Assembly: GCA_034435035.1 (NCBI GenBank)
Contig: DAOTXW010000081.1
Span: 72,580 to 136,579, forward strand
DNA: 64,000 nt
Direction of reading: 5' to 3'
From: Anaerolineae bacterium
GTDB lineage: Bacteria; Chloroflexota; Anaerolineae; Aggregatilineales; UBA3940
The notes beneath the pieces were generated by a model, which was given only the letters and a program-made list of their open reading frames with translations, searched no databases and had not been told where the DNA came from. This document shows positions 27,806-36,678 of this stretch, piece by piece. Made by a program: the position numbers and the translations under genes. Within the stretch, counting starts at the first letter, position 1, and every line of letters begins with the position of its first letter.

Positions 27806-27826
27806 ATAGTTAACATTGTTAACTAT
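27806..27826. promoter_or_regulatory. 21-bp palindromic operator candidate (TetR autoregulation / divergent control)
   Basis: atagttaacattgttaactat is a 10-1-10 inverted repeat that is perfect except for the centre base. It sits in the TetR / PGI-PMI divergent intergenic region. Confidence 0.55.
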
Positions 27827-27938
27827 AGTATACACTGTTATTTTTACGCGTCAAGACTCTGATCATGCAGAGGCTCCGGCTCCGTGACACACAGGCTGTG
27901 TTACAATCACTCCCAGGCTCCCAGACTGAGAGGTGCGT

Positions 27939-29006
27939 ATGTTCCTTGATGACATGGACTTCGCCGCAGTTGACGGGCAGAACATGCTTGGCCATATCGA
28001 CGCCCTGCCCGATCAACTGGCCGACGCATGGCGGGCGGCGCAAACCATGCCGCTGATCCCTGCCAGCGCATTGGAGCGCGTCGTGATAGTCGGTATGGGC
28101 GGCTCAGCGATCAGCGGCGATCTGCTGGCTGCGCTGGTCCAGGATACCTGCGTCCTGCCCCTGCAGGTTTTCCGTGAGTATTCACTTCCGCCTTATGCCG
28201 CAGGTCCCGGCACGCTGGTGATCGCGCTCAGCTTCTCCGGATCGACTGAAGAAACGCTCTCCGCCGCCGCCCAGGCCACAGAGCGCGGGGCGCGGCTGCT
28301 GGCGATCACCACTGGCGGGCCGCTGGCGGACCTGGCAGACCGGGCTGGCGGGGAGGTGTGGCCGATCGCCTATGACTCGCAGCCGCGGGCAGCGCTGGGC
28401 TGGCTGTACGGGCTGCTGCTGGGTGCGGCAGCTCGCCTGGGCCTGACGCCTCCGCTGGAGGCCGACATAGCGGAAGCCGTCGAACGGCTGCGGGACGACC
28501 GCGCGCGCTGGACAGCCGCTTCACCTACCAGCCGCAACCCTGCCAAGCGCGTTGCCGGGCAGATGATGGATTGCATCCCGGTGATCTGGGGGGCCGGGCT
28601 GCTGGCGCCGGTAGCCGCCCGCTGGAAGACCCAGCTCAACGAGAACGCCAAGACCGCGGCCTACGCCGAGCAGATGCCCGAGCTGAATCACAACGCCATA
28701 GTCGGCATCCTGACCCCGGAGGAACTGATGCGTCGCCACAAGTTCCAGATCGTTCAGCTTGTCTCCCGGGAGTATGACCATCCTCGCGTGGCGCTGCGCC
28801 ACCGGGCCACCGAGAGTCTGCTGCGCGAAGCCGGCATCATCGCTGAGGTCGTGCGCGCCCACGGACGCAGCCGGCTGGCTCAGCAGATGAACCTGATCCA
28901 GTTTGGCGACTACATCAGCTTCTTTCTGGCGATGGCCTACGGGGTGGACCCGACGCCTATTCCACCTATCCTGATGCTCAAAGACAGGCTGGCGGCGGCA
29001 GGCTGA
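27939..29006 (+). CDS. Bifunctional phosphoglucose/phosphomannose isomerase (SIS domains)
   Basis: VVIVGMGGSAISGDLL, ALSFSGSTEETL, and a C-terminal PGI/PMI-type domain (NENAKTAAYAEQMPELNHN). ATG 27939 has GAGAGG 5 nt upstream. Confidence 0.8.
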   Translation: MFLDDMDFAAVDGQNMLGHIDALPDQLADAWRAAQTMPLIPASALERVVIVGMGGSAISGDLLAALVQDTCVLPLQVFREYSLPPYAAGPGTLVIALSFSGSTEETLSAAAQATERGARLLAITTGGPLADLADRAGGEVWPIAYDSQPRAALGWLYGLLLGAAARLGLTPPLEADIAEAVERLRDDRARWTAASPTSRNPAKRVAGQMMDCIPVIWGAGLLAPVAARWKTQLNENAKTAAYAEQMPELNHNAIVGILTPEELMRRHKFQIVQLVSREYDHPRVALRHRATESLLREAGIIAEVVRAHGRSRLAQQMNLIQFGDYISFFLAMAYGVDPTPIPPILMLKDRLAAAG

Positions 29007-29737
29007 TGATGGAAGCTATCGCCGACAGACACGCGCAGCGCGGCGCGCCGAGCTACGTATGGCGGGCCGGGCAGGAGCGCCGGCTGGAAATGATCCACCG
29101 CTGGGCTGATACTGCCGGTGCGTGCATCCTGATTGATGGCTGCGGGGTAGGCGCTTACGCTGCCCGCCTGCTGGAGGATTCCCCGTGGGTGTTTGCCTTC
29201 GACATCGAGCTCCCGCGCGTGCGGGAAGCCCGCGCCGCGGTCCCCCTCGCGCATGTCGCCGCCGCCGAGTTTGTCCCCTACCCGGCAGATACCTTTGACC
29301 TGATCCTCTCCCATGAGGTGCTGGAGCACGTACAGGACGACCGCGCGGCACTGGCTGAGATGGCGCGGGTGCTGCGGCCCGGCGGCCGTGCGGTGATCTT
29401 CTGCCCTAACCGCTGGTATCCTTTCGAGACGCACGGCCACTACTGGCGCGGGCGCTACCACTTTGGCAATACACCCTTGATCAATTATCTGCCCGATCCG
29501 CTCCGTAACCGGCTGGCCCCCCATGTACGGGCCTACACGCGTCACGGCCTGCTGCGCCTGATCGACGGGCTGCCGCTGCGCGTCGCCTACCACACCCGCA
29601 TCTTTGGGGCCTATGACAACCTGATTACACGCTTCGGCGCGGTGGGGCGCCTGCTGCGAGCCGTGCTGCATGCCCTGGAAAAGTCGCCCGTGCGTGTGCT
29701 TGGGCTGTCCCACCTGCTGGTGCTGGAGAAGGTATGA
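29006..29737 (+). CDS. Class I SAM-dependent methyltransferase
   Basis: Motif I ILIDGCGVGAYA, then DLILSHEVLEHV and LRPGGRAVI. Its start overlaps the upstream stop (TGATG). Confidence 0.75.
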   Translation: MMEAIADRHAQRGAPSYVWRAGQERRLEMIHRWADTAGACILIDGCGVGAYAARLLEDSPWVFAFDIELPRVREARAAVPLAHVAAAEFVPYPADTFDLILSHEVLEHVQDDRAALAEMARVLRPGGRAVIFCPNRWYPFETHGHYWRGRYHFGNTPLINYLPDPLRNRLAPHVRAYTRHGLLRLIDGLPLRVAYHTRIFGAYDNLITRFGAVGRLLRAVLHALEKSPVRVLGLSHLLVLEKV

Positions 29738-30558
29738 TGGGCAGCCCCTACCCCCCGGTGCTTGATCTGCTGGAAACAGCGCGTGCAGCAGCCCGCGCCG
29801 CCGGGAATGTGATCCGGGAGCGCTACGATCAGCCGCGCCAGATCAGCGAGAAGGCGCCCCGTGATCTGGTGACCGATACCGATCATGCGGCGCAGGCGGC
29901 AGCCCTGGCCGTGATCCAGACCCGCCACCCCGATCACAGGGTGATGGCTGAGGAAGATCCCACCACCCACCTAGTTGAGGAGGGGCGCTGGCAGATCCCC
30001 GATGGAATGCTGTGGCTGGTCGATCCGCTCGATGGGACCACGAACTTCACTACGGGGCTGCCGATTTCCTGCGTGTCAGTAGGCGCGGCCTTTGACGGGC
30101 TGCCGCTGGCAGGAGCGATCTATGATCCCTACCGGGACGAGTTGTTCACTGCCGCCCTCGGACAGGGCGCCGCGCTCAACGGCCGCGCCCTGCCCGCGCT
30201 CACGCGAGTGCCATTGCAGCGGGCCATCATCAGCGCAGACTGGGCCCGCGCACCGCAGGTGCGCCACCGCGCACTCGAATGCATCCGGCTGCTGGCCCCG
30301 CACTGCCATACGGTGCGTGTGCTGGGATCGGCGGCGCTCAGCCTCGCCTACGTTGCCTGCGGACGCGCTCATCTGTACTTCAACTTTGGCCTCCAACCGT
30401 GGGATGTGGCCGCCGGGGCGGCCCTGATTCGCGAGACAGGCGGCGATCTGCGGCTGCCGAATGACAGTCCGTGGCAGCTCGGAGAACCCGCCCTGCTGAG
30501 CGCCCACCCGGCGATCCTGGATGAAGCGATTCCGCTTGTCAGCGGCCCGGCGGAATAG
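29734..30558 (+). CDS. Inositol monophosphatase family protein
   Basis: MAEEDP, WLVDPLDGTTNF and WDVAAGAALIRETGG motifs. ATGA overlap with the upstream gene. Confidence 0.85.
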   Translation: MMGSPYPPVLDLLETARAAARAAGNVIRERYDQPRQISEKAPRDLVTDTDHAAQAAALAVIQTRHPDHRVMAEEDPTTHLVEEGRWQIPDGMLWLVDPLDGTTNFTTGLPISCVSVGAAFDGLPLAGAIYDPYRDELFTAALGQGAALNGRALPALTRVPLQRAIISADWARAPQVRHRALECIRLLAPHCHTVRVLGSAALSLAYVACGRAHLYFNFGLQPWDVAAGAALIRETGGDLRLPNDSPWQLGEPALLSAHPAILDEAIPLVSGPAE

Positions 30559-30579
30559 TACACTTGTGCTAGCGAGTGA

Positions 30580-30610
30580 AAAGCCGCCCGCCGGGACGGC
30601 GGCTTTTCTG
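30580..30610 (+). terminator. Intrinsic terminator after the IMPase gene
   Basis: aagccgcc (30581-30588), loop, ggcggctttt, followed by ctg (T tract 30604-30607). Confidence 0.65.
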
Positions 30611-30687
30611 TGCATCGTGCTTCCACTACAATAAGGACAAGTCCATTGAGCATCTTCCGGCGTTTTCTGGCACCGCGGAGTAAGCAC

Positions 30688-31134
30688 ATGGGGTCGATCG
30701 AAGAACGCGCCAGGCTGGCTGCTGAACAGGTCATCGGTGATAGCAGCCTGACCGACGAGATGGACGATGCCGAAGCCTCGGCGCTGCTGGACTGGGCCGC
30801 GGGCCTGGCCCGGCAGGCCGCTGCCCAGACTCTGGAGCTGGATGATGCGGCGGCCAGCGAGATTCTGGCCGCGCGGATGCAGGATGTGCGCCGCCTGGTA
30901 CGCCGGATCAACCGGCTGATCGGGCTGCTGGGCGCCGATCCCTCAGACGAAGAGGTGGAAGAGGCGCTCCGCTCGGTGTTCGAGTCCGCCTCGGCGGTGC
31001 CCGGCCTGACGGTCCAGCTACCGATGGCGCTGGCCGACTCGGCACGCCTGATGCGTGGGCTGCCCGCCCCGGATGCGCTGGGCAGAATACTGTCCCATTT
31101 TACGGATTGGAGTGGTGATGGCGAAGCGACGTAG
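30688..31134 (+). CDS. Small acidic alpha-helical hypothetical protein
   Basis: ATG 30688 has GGAG 7 nt upstream. The 148-aa product is rich in A/E/D/L and I recognise no family. Its 3' end overlaps the PLD gene start by 17 nt. Confidence 0.5.
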   Translation: MGSIEERARLAAEQVIGDSSLTDEMDDAEASALLDWAAGLARQAAAQTLELDDAAASEILAARMQDVRRLVRRINRLIGLLGADPSDEEVEEALRSVFESASAVPGLTVQLPMALADSARLMRGLPAPDALGRILSHFTDWSGDGEAT

Positions 31135-32311
31135 CAGTTCTCGAAAAAGCTCAGCCGCCAACCAGCGCATGGTGCTGGTTTTCCTGGCTGTATTTGTCGT
31201 AGCTGCGCTCATCTATGGCATTGGACCGGCGCTGAACTCGATCGGCGACGCTGTGGGAGTTGATCTCGGTATGCCGGCACAAGAAGGCCTGCCGGATGCA
31301 ACGCAGGCGGCCGGGGATACCGGGACCACGACGGGCGGCAGTTACTACACCATCTACTTCACCGATCCAGTCATCCCCTTTGATGATGTGACCACAGGCG
31401 GGATCGAGGAGCACCTGATTGCGCTGATCGACGGCGCTCAGAGCAGCATCGACCTGGCGGTCTTCGAGTTCAACCTGCAGAACGTGGCCGATGCGTTGAT
31501 CGCCGCGCACAACCGGGGGGTGCAGGTCCGCATTGTGTATGACAATGAGCACACTGAAGAAGATCCCCAGATGGAGGAGATGATCCGCGCCGGCATCCCG
31601 GCCACGCCGGATAACCGCAGCGCGTTCATGCACAACAAGTTCTTCGTCTTCGACCAGCAGCTGGTGTGGCTTGGCTCGTGGAACGTGACCATCAATGATA
31701 CCTATCGCAACAACAACAACGCGATGGTGATCCGCTCCCAGCAGCTCGCACAGAACTACACTACCGAGTTCGAGGAGATGTTTGCCGGGGAGTTCGGCCC
31801 GCGCTCGCCTGCCAATACACCTAACCCGTCCTTTACCATCAACGGTATCCTGCTGGAGAATTTCTTCTCGCCCGAAGACGAGGTGATGCCGCATCTGGTT
31901 GATTTTGTGCGCCAGGCACAGACGAGCATTCACTTCATGGCGTTTTCTTACACCGACTACGATCTGGCCAGCGCCATGATGGACCGCGCCGCCGCCGGGG
32001 CGGAAGTATCCGGCATCTTCGAGGTGCGCGGAGCGGATACCGAATCCTCCGAGTGCAACACTCTGCTGGGCGCCGGTCTGGATGTGCGGCTGGATGGCAA
32101 CCCGCGCACCTTCCATCATAAAGTCATCATCATCGATGGAGCAGCCGTGGCGATTGGCTCCTTCAACTTCAGCAGCAATGCCTCCGAATCCAATGACGAG
32201 AACCTGCTGATCCTCTACGATCCGGCGGTCGCCGCCCAGTACGAGCAGGAGTTCGTCCGCCGCATGGCCGAGGCGCAGATGCCGGTTGGAGGCGTCTGCC
32301 AGGCCGATTAA
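31118..32311 (+). CDS. Membrane-anchored phospholipase D superfamily protein with two intact HKD motifs
   Basis: Basic N-terminus MAKRRSSSRKSS followed by TM MVLVFLAVFVVAALIYGIG. HKD-1 is FMHNKFFVFDQQLVWLGSWNVT and HKD-2 is FHHKVIIIDGAAVAIGSFNFS. Confidence 0.85.
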   Translation: MAKRRSSSRKSSAANQRMVLVFLAVFVVAALIYGIGPALNSIGDAVGVDLGMPAQEGLPDATQAAGDTGTTTGGSYYTIYFTDPVIPFDDVTTGGIEEHLIALIDGAQSSIDLAVFEFNLQNVADALIAAHNRGVQVRIVYDNEHTEEDPQMEEMIRAGIPATPDNRSAFMHNKFFVFDQQLVWLGSWNVTINDTYRNNNNAMVIRSQQLAQNYTTEFEEMFAGEFGPRSPANTPNPSFTINGILLENFFSPEDEVMPHLVDFVRQAQTSIHFMAFSYTDYDLASAMMDRAAAGAEVSGIFEVRGADTESSECNTLLGAGLDVRLDGNPRTFHHKVIIIDGAAVAIGSFNFSSNASESNDENLLILYDPAVAAQYEQEFVRRMAEAQMPVGGVCQAD

Positions 32312-32349
32312 GCGATCTTGAGCAGCAGTGTGCCAGGGAGAGAGTCAGC

Positions 32350-35040
32350 ATGCAAATCCGTTTTGTGGAAGCTCCTAACAATTTCTATATCGGCGCATCC
32401 GCCGATCCCCAGACCGGCGATATCTTCGAAGATCTGCCGATCTACTATGATGCCCGTCACCTGACCACACACGGGGTGATCCTGGGCATGACGGGCAGCG
32501 GCAAGACCGGCCTCGGCATCACCCTGATCGAGGAGGCGGTCATCGATAAGATCCCCACCATCATCATCGATCCCAAAGGGGATATCACCAATATCCTGCT
32601 GGCCTTCCCGGACCTGACCGCCGAGAACTTCCGCCCCTGGGTGCACCCCGAGACTCCCCAGTCGATCGACGAGGATGCCCGCCGGGCCGCGACTGTCTGG
32701 CGCGAGGGCCTTTCCGAGTGGGGCATCACGAACGACCGCATCCAGGAATTCCGCCGGGCCGCAAAGTTCAGCATCTACACCCCCGGCTCGGAAGCCGGCC
32801 TGCAGGTCAGCATTCTGCAGTCCTTCGCGGTTCCGCGCGAAGGGTGGGCCGGCAACGAGGAACAGCTGCGCGAGCGCATCACCGGCATGGTCACGGCGCT
32901 GCTGGCCCTGATCGGCATCGATGCGCAGCCCGTTGAGGATCGCGAGCATATCCTGCTGTCGAATATCTTTGAATACAACTGGCGGAACGGCGTGGATCTG
33001 TCGATGGAGCAGCTGATCCTCCAGGTGCAGCGCCCCCCGTTTACCAAGCTGGGCGTGTTTGATGTCGAGACGCTGTTCCCTGAGAAAGATCGCTTCAAGC
33101 TGGCTCAGAAGCTCAACAACATCATTGCCGCGCCCAACTTCCAGAACTGGATCAAGGGCGAGCCGCTGGACGTGGGCGCATTGCTGTCCACCGCTGAGGG
33201 CTACCCACGCACTACGATCTTCTACCTGGCTCACCTCAACGATGTTGAGCGCCAGTTCATCATCACCCTGCTGCTGCAGAGTGTGCTGGCCTGGATGCGC
33301 GCCCAGACCGGCTCCACCAGCCTGCGCGCCCTCATCTACATCGATGAGGTGTTCGGCATGTTCCCACCCTATCCGCGCAACCCGCCTACTAAAGAGCCTA
33401 TCATGCGGCTGCTCAAGCAGGCGCGTGCCTATGGCATCGGGATGCTGGTCGCCACGCAGAACCCCGCTGATCTGGACTATAAGGGCCTGTCCAACGCCGG
33501 GACGTGGTTCATCGGCAAGATGCAGACGGATAATGACAAGAATCGGGTGCTGGAGGGGCTGGACAGCGCCCGCGACGCCTCGTCCGGGCTGGATATCCGC
33601 GTCGTCGGCGATCAGCTCAACCGGCTCAGGCCGCGCCAGTTCATCCTGCATGATGTGCATGAGCAGAATACACCGATCCTGATGACGACCCGCTGGACCA
33701 TGTCATACCTGCGCGGCCCGCTGACCCGTGAAGAGGTCGCTCGCCTGATGCAGAACCAGCGGGCGGCAGCGCAGGCGGCAGCACCGCCGCCGGCTCATCC
33801 CAGCTACTTTGCGGCAGCCCCTGCGCCGGACAGCGGCCCGTTCAGCGCAGCCTCGCCCACCTACAGCGGCCGCGATCCCTCTGGCCCGGCCTTCCCCGGT
33901 GGCGGCGGCGGCGGCGAAGCCCCGCCGGTGTATGGCGCGCCCGCAGGCAGCCTGCCGCCCTCGGAGCGCCCTGCTCCGCCCGGCTTCTCAGCGGTCCAGC
34001 CTGTCATCCCCAGTGCGGTGCAGCAGTACTTCCTGCCCACCGAGTACGCCGTTGAACAGGCCATCAAGCACTGGGAACAGCGGATGGGTCAGCCGGCGAT
34101 CGACGTGCAGACGAATAAACGCCTGCTCTACCGTCCCTCCCTGCTGGCGCAGCTCCAGGTGCGCTTCAACCATACACCAACCAGCTCATCCGAGATACTC
34201 TGGTACGCCTTCGTGGTGCCCAACCTGCCCACCATGACCTACCTGGACTGGTCAGAATACCAGTCTGAACCCTTCGACCCGCGCTCGCTCGACCGCGAGC
34301 CCTTCGTCCGCCCCTACTACGGCGAAGTGCCGCAGTCGCTCAGCAAAGGCGCCGGCTTCAAGGAGCTGCAGGCCAGCCTGGTAGACTGGGTGTACAACAA
34401 TGCCCGGATGGTCGTCCTGCAGAACCCGACGCTCAAGATGACCAGCGCCCTGGGAGAAAGCCGCCGGGACTTCGTGGCCCGGGTTCGCCAGGCGGCCCGC
34501 GAAGCGCGCGACGCCGAACTGGACGCACTCACCGATAAATATCAGCGCAAGCTCCAGGCGCTGGAGGACCGCTACCAGACAAAGGCTATGCGCCTGGACT
34601 CCCATCGCGCTGAGGTCGAGGGACGCCGGCAGGAGGAACTGGTTACGGGCGCCGAAGCTGTCATGCGGCTGATGAAGGGCAGCGTCTACAACACCATCTC
34701 CAAGTCCAGCCGCCTGCGCCGCATGACCAGCCAGTCCGAAGATCGGCAGCAACTGATGGAACAGGAGCTGGCAGACATCACAGAACAGATGGAAACCTAC
34801 GAAAACGAACTCAGGGACCGGCTGGCCGAACTGGCAGAGAAGTGGAAAGACATTGCCAACCAGATCGTTGAAGTGCCCATCGCGCCGCTGAAGAAGGATA
34901 TCAGCTTCGTGCTGTTCGGGATCGGCTGGGTGCCGTACTGGGATGTGGTCGTCAATGGCAGCCCGCTGATTCTGCCTGCTTCGTCGTCCGGCCTGACACA
35001 GGCGCAGGATCCCGGCTCCGGCGGAGGCGGCTACTACTAA
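32350..35040 (+). CDS. HerA/FtsK-superfamily P-loop ATPase (DUF87/DUF853-like) with Pro/Gly-rich linker and ~370-aa coiled-coil C-terminal region
   Basis: HGVILGMTGSGKTGLGITLIEE...IIIDPKGDITN (Walker A plus the KGD motif typical of this clade), Walker B ALIYIDEVF, and VATQNPADLDYKGLSNAGTWFIGKMQTDNDK. Low complexity at about nt 33763-34030. Heptad-like C-terminal part. Confidence 0.7.
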   Translation: MQIRFVEAPNNFYIGASADPQTGDIFEDLPIYYDARHLTTHGVILGMTGSGKTGLGITLIEEAVIDKIPTIIIDPKGDITNILLAFPDLTAENFRPWVHPETPQSIDEDARRAATVWREGLSEWGITNDRIQEFRRAAKFSIYTPGSEAGLQVSILQSFAVPREGWAGNEEQLRERITGMVTALLALIGIDAQPVEDREHILLSNIFEYNWRNGVDLSMEQLILQVQRPPFTKLGVFDVETLFPEKDRFKLAQKLNNIIAAPNFQNWIKGEPLDVGALLSTAEGYPRTTIFYLAHLNDVERQFIITLLLQSVLAWMRAQTGSTSLRALIYIDEVFGMFPPYPRNPPTKEPIMRLLKQARAYGIGMLVATQNPADLDYKGLSNAGTWFIGKMQTDNDKNRVLEGLDSARDASSGLDIRVVGDQLNRLRPRQFILHDVHEQNTPILMTTRWTMSYLRGPLTREEVARLMQNQRAAAQAAAPPPAHPSYFAAAPAPDSGPFSAASPTYSGRDPSGPAFPGGGGGGEAPPVYGAPAGSLPPSERPAPPGFSAVQPVIPSAVQQYFLPTEYAVEQAIKHWEQRMGQPAIDVQTNKRLLYRPSLLAQLQVRFNHTPTSSSEILWYAFVVPNLPTMTYLDWSEYQSEPFDPRSLDREPFVRPYYGEVPQSLSKGAGFKELQASLVDWVYNNARMVVLQNPTLKMTSALGESRRDFVARVRQAAREARDAELDALTDKYQRKLQALEDRYQTKAMRLDSHRAEVEGRRQEELVTGAEAVMRLMKGSVYNTISKSSRLRRMTSQSEDRQQLMEQELADITEQMETYENELRDRLAELAEKWKDIANQIVEVPIAPLKKDISFVLFGIGWVPYWDVVVNGSPLILPASSSGLTQAQDPGSGGGGYY

Positions 35041-35065
35041 GCCGCTGAAGATCGTACTGCCATCG

Positions 35066-35099
35066 AGAGCTCCGGCCTGCATCAGCCGGGGCTCTTTTG
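35066..35099 (+). terminator. Intrinsic terminator after the ATPase gene
   Basis: gagctccgg (35067-35075) / ccggggctc (35086-35094), followed by ttttgc. Confidence 0.6.
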
Positions 35100-35233
35100 C
35101 ATCCACCGGCGTGCCGATTTCAGGCGCCGGGCGCGTTCCAAGCCGGGGCGCGATCGGCTGCGAGCCTGCTCACCGGGAGGGGGCGAGGATCCGCAGCATG
35201 GCCCTTCCAGCACGAAATGCACCCCGGCTGCAC

Positions 35234-35262
35234 TTGACATCCTCAGCGACTGGCGGCATAAT
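35234..35262 (+). promoter_or_regulatory. Consensus sigma-A promoter of the pheST leader
   Basis: TTGACA (35234-35239), 17 nt, CATAAT (35257-35262). Confidence 0.65.
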
Positions 35263-35269
35263 GAGCCTA

Positions 35270-35580
35270 ACTCAATATCTCTCGCACAGGCAGTGATGGA
35301 GACGGGTCTGCGGCGCGAAGGCGCCGCCAGGGAGATCGGGCCACAGACTGAAAGCCCGGTCAGGCCGCTGGCCGCAGGCGTTCCCTCCGGAGCCGACGGT
35401 TGAAAGGGCCAGCGCCCGAGTAGGTCGTTCCGGGTTGCCCGCCGTTACCGGGCGGCCAATCGCGCTCATCCGGGCGCTGCTGGCGCAGAGGGGGCATCCC
35501 GGGCGACCGGTTGCCCGGCAGGGTGGTACCGCGCGAGCACACCAGCTCCCGTCCCTGATAGGGGGACGGAGCTTTTTTGT
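35270..35580 (+). promoter_or_regulatory. T-box leader (tRNA-Phe sensing) with terminator/antiterminator
   Basis: T-box sequence agggtggtaccgcg at 35519-35533. Terminator agctcccgtccc / gggggacggagct (35544-35573) plus tttttt. Stem I candidate: GGAG (35298-35301) pairs with CTCC (35385-35388), and CTGCGGC (35308-35314) pairs with GCCGCAG (35371-35377). These helices flank an internal loop whose 3' side is gcgTTCc, with TTC at 35381-35383 (Phe codon). Confidence 0.85.
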
Positions 35581-35621
35581 TTGGCTCTCAGTCACAGCCA
35601 TTCAGGAGGAGGTAGCCGATC

Positions 35622-36647
35622 GTGATGCTGGACGCACTGACAGAGATCGAGAAATCTACGCTGGACCGCCTGAAGGCGGTGCAGGACAGCCAGTCGCTCT
35701 CCCAGCTGTATGGAGCCATTCTGGGCAAGAAGGGCGAGCTGACTGCTATCCTGCGATCGGTAGGACAGCTCCCGGCCGACCAGCGGCCCGCCGTCGGGCA
35801 GCGGGCTAACGAAGTGCGCCGAGCCCTGGAGGCGGCTTTCGCTGAGCGCGAGCAGACCATCCGCTCGCATGAGCTGACCGCCAGCCTGGAGCAGGGCGCC
35901 ATCGACGTGACCATGCCGGGGCGCCCCATCTCGCCGGGGCGCATGCATCCGGTCACACAGACCCTGCACGAGATCTTTGCGATCTGGGCCGAGATGGGCT
36001 TCCAGGTCTACCGCAGCCGCGAGGTGGAGGCGGACGATCTCAACTTCACTCTGCTGAATATGCCGCCGCATCACCCGGCGCGCGATATGTGGGCGACCTT
36101 CTACACCACGCAGGAGGGTGTGATCCTGCGCACTCACACTTCCCCCGGACAGATCCATGCCATGCGCGCGTTTGCGCCGGAGCCAATCCGGGTGATCCTG
36201 CCGGGCATGGTCTTCCGGTATGAGCAGGTCAGCGCCCGCAGTGAGTTTCAGTTTCATCAGGTTGAAGGGCTGGCGATCGGCCACAACATCCGCTTCACCG
36301 ATCTGAAAGGTACGATCGCCGCCTTCGGCCGCCGCTTCTACGGAACTGCACAGGTGCGCTACCGGTGCTCGCATTTCCCATTCACTGAGCCAAGCATGGA
36401 AGTCGATGTCGAGTGCATCCTGTGCGCCGGCAACGGCTGCCCCGTCTGCAAGCACACCGGCTGGCTGGAGATCGCCGGCTGCGGCATGGTACACCCGGTC
36501 GTGCTTAAGAACGGCGGCTATGACCCGGCCGAGTTCTCTGGATTCGCGTTCGGGTTTGGCGTAGAGCGCATGACCATGCTCAAGCATTCCATCGAGGAGA
36601 TCCGCTACTTCTGGGGAAATGATCTGCGGTTCCTGGAGCAATTCTGA
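35622..36647 (+). CDS. pheS: Phenylalanine--tRNA ligase alpha subunit
   Basis: Class II aaRS motifs (HPARDMWATFY, FRYE, GFAFGFGVERM). The start is GTG 35622 or ATG 35625, after AGGAGGAGG. Confidence 0.95.
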   Translation: MMLDALTEIEKSTLDRLKAVQDSQSLSQLYGAILGKKGELTAILRSVGQLPADQRPAVGQRANEVRRALEAAFAEREQTIRSHELTASLEQGAIDVTMPGRPISPGRMHPVTQTLHEIFAIWAEMGFQVYRSREVEADDLNFTLLNMPPHHPARDMWATFYTTQEGVILRTHTSPGQIHAMRAFAPEPIRVILPGMVFRYEQVSARSEFQFHQVEGLAIGHNIRFTDLKGTIAAFGRRFYGTAQVRYRCSHFPFTEPSMEVDVECILCAGNGCPVCKHTGWLEIAGCGMVHPVVLKNGGYDPAEFSGFAFGFGVERMTMLKHSIEEIRYFWGNDLRFLEQF

Positions 36648-36678
36648 TCGCCCCGCCCTGCCGACGGAGTATAGAACG

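Noticed and set aside
32308-33660. 450-aa minus-strand ORF antisense to the HerA-like ATPase gene.
   Set aside because: It is a shadow ORF. The opposite frame carries Walker A/B and family motifs, while this one has none.
35111-35296. 61-aa ORF upstream of pheS.
   Set aside because: It overlaps the pheS promoter and the 5' part of the T-box leader. The region is explained by regulatory RNA.
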